From contig JAAOMT010000352.1 of the NCBI GenBank assembly GCA_016748015.1, positions 434,001-498,000 on the forward strand: a stretch of DNA of 64,000 bases, in the 5' to 3' direction. Made by a program: the position numbers and the translations under genes. Numbering within the stretch: the stretch's first letter is position 1; each line of letters opens with the position of its first letter. Shown here one piece after another: positions 63,057-64,000 of this stretch. The notes below the pieces were generated by a model. That model ran no database searches, had not been told where the DNA came from, and worked only from the letters and a program-made list of their open reading frames with translations. Origin of the DNA: Geosiphon pyriformis uo1. Its lineage: Eukaryota; Fungi; Glomeromycota.

Positions 63057-64000
63057 CACTGGTATAATTTTATGTCTTATGTTAGCACTCTTAGAATTCA
63101 ATATTAGATATAAAATATGCTTTTCAGTTATGTTTTATTCAATAATTTTCAAATGCTACAATTATATGAGTTAAAAAAAAGATATGTAAATGCCAAAAAA
63201 TAATTTTTATCCTAAGATATTTAAATACTTAAAAGTAGAAAAAAAGAAATTAGTAATAAAAAAAGAATTAAAATAAAGTTGTTATTTTATTTTTTTGATT
63301 TGTATATGCTTTTCTATAACTAAAAAACTCATTGCTTATATAGCTATTAAAAATAATTAATAATCAAATCAATAATCAGATTATTAATCAAATCAATGAT
63401 TACTATCTAAAAATAGGATGGCCAATTATGTAATATTAGTAGCTAATATATATAATAATTAATAAAAACTATGAGTTTTAACTATAATATTATTTTTTCC
63501 AAAGAAATTAAGTTTTGGCAAAATCAAGTTATTTATAGAGTAGTCTAATAAAAAATTTTGTCTAACTTAAAGCTAATTAGTTTGTTAAAGTTTTTTGTAG
63601 ATAAGATATATAATATTTGAAGTAAGCTAAGTTTTGTATTTAAAAGATTAAATCTTTGTATAAGAGTTTTGGCTTTTTTAGCAATGGTTAAAACTCTTAA
63701 GATATCTAATCATATAATGTTCAGAATTTTCACTTGTATCTCTGAAGTTGTTTTCTTTATAAGCTTTATGTTTTCTATAATTTTACTAAGACAACTATAG
63801 AACTTTATTTGTCTTTTATATAACAGATTTTTGTCTATGGGCAAAAATTTTTTAATTTTTTTTCCAAGTATATTAAAAGATAATAGTATGTTTGCTGTTA
63901 TGCTTTTAAACATATATTTTTTTATTTTATTGCCAATTTTTTTTTTTCTGATAGTGATTTTCTTTGGTCTAATAACAATATATATTCTATTATTATCAGT

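Noticed and set aside
63057-64000. Possible coding remnant (ORF 63710-63913, minus strand) of a transposase or gag
   Set aside because: No recognisable motif; too decayed and cut by the window edge to call

Overview
AT-rich eukaryotic heterochromatin-like window with no intact host gene. It is probably fungal; the Glomeromycotina/Mucoromycota guess rests on composition and TE protein style only. About 57 kb (242-57403) is a nest of related Ty3/Gypsy LTR retrotransposons from three divergent families, all with TGTTA..TAACA ends and 4-bp TSDs. Family 1 comprises E1, X, A, B and F; the others are family C, and family D (D and G). The nest is flanked by degenerate LINE fragments (RNase H at 1-241; ORF1, APE endonuclease and a 3' end at 57404-62700). 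Nesting order from TSDs and junctions: LINE < E1 < X < A < (B; C < solo LTR); X < F < D. F has discordant LTRs and flanks and looks like an inter-element recombinant. Every copy is pseudogenised by C>T/G>A hypermutation, but comparing copies reveals an unusual shared architecture. (1) One long ORF1 (N-terminal extension, CA, NC, PR, Cys-rich module, dUTPase, RT, RNase H) whose frame appears to be entered from inside the LTR. (2) A conserved stop right after RNase H, so integrase is a separate ORF. (3) A third, non-env ORF of unknown function ending exactly at the PPT. (4) A U5 copy of the tRNA 3' end that can fold over the PBS. (5) Interchangeable U3 repeat arrays, one of which reconstructs to ACGCGT (MCB-like) palindromes.
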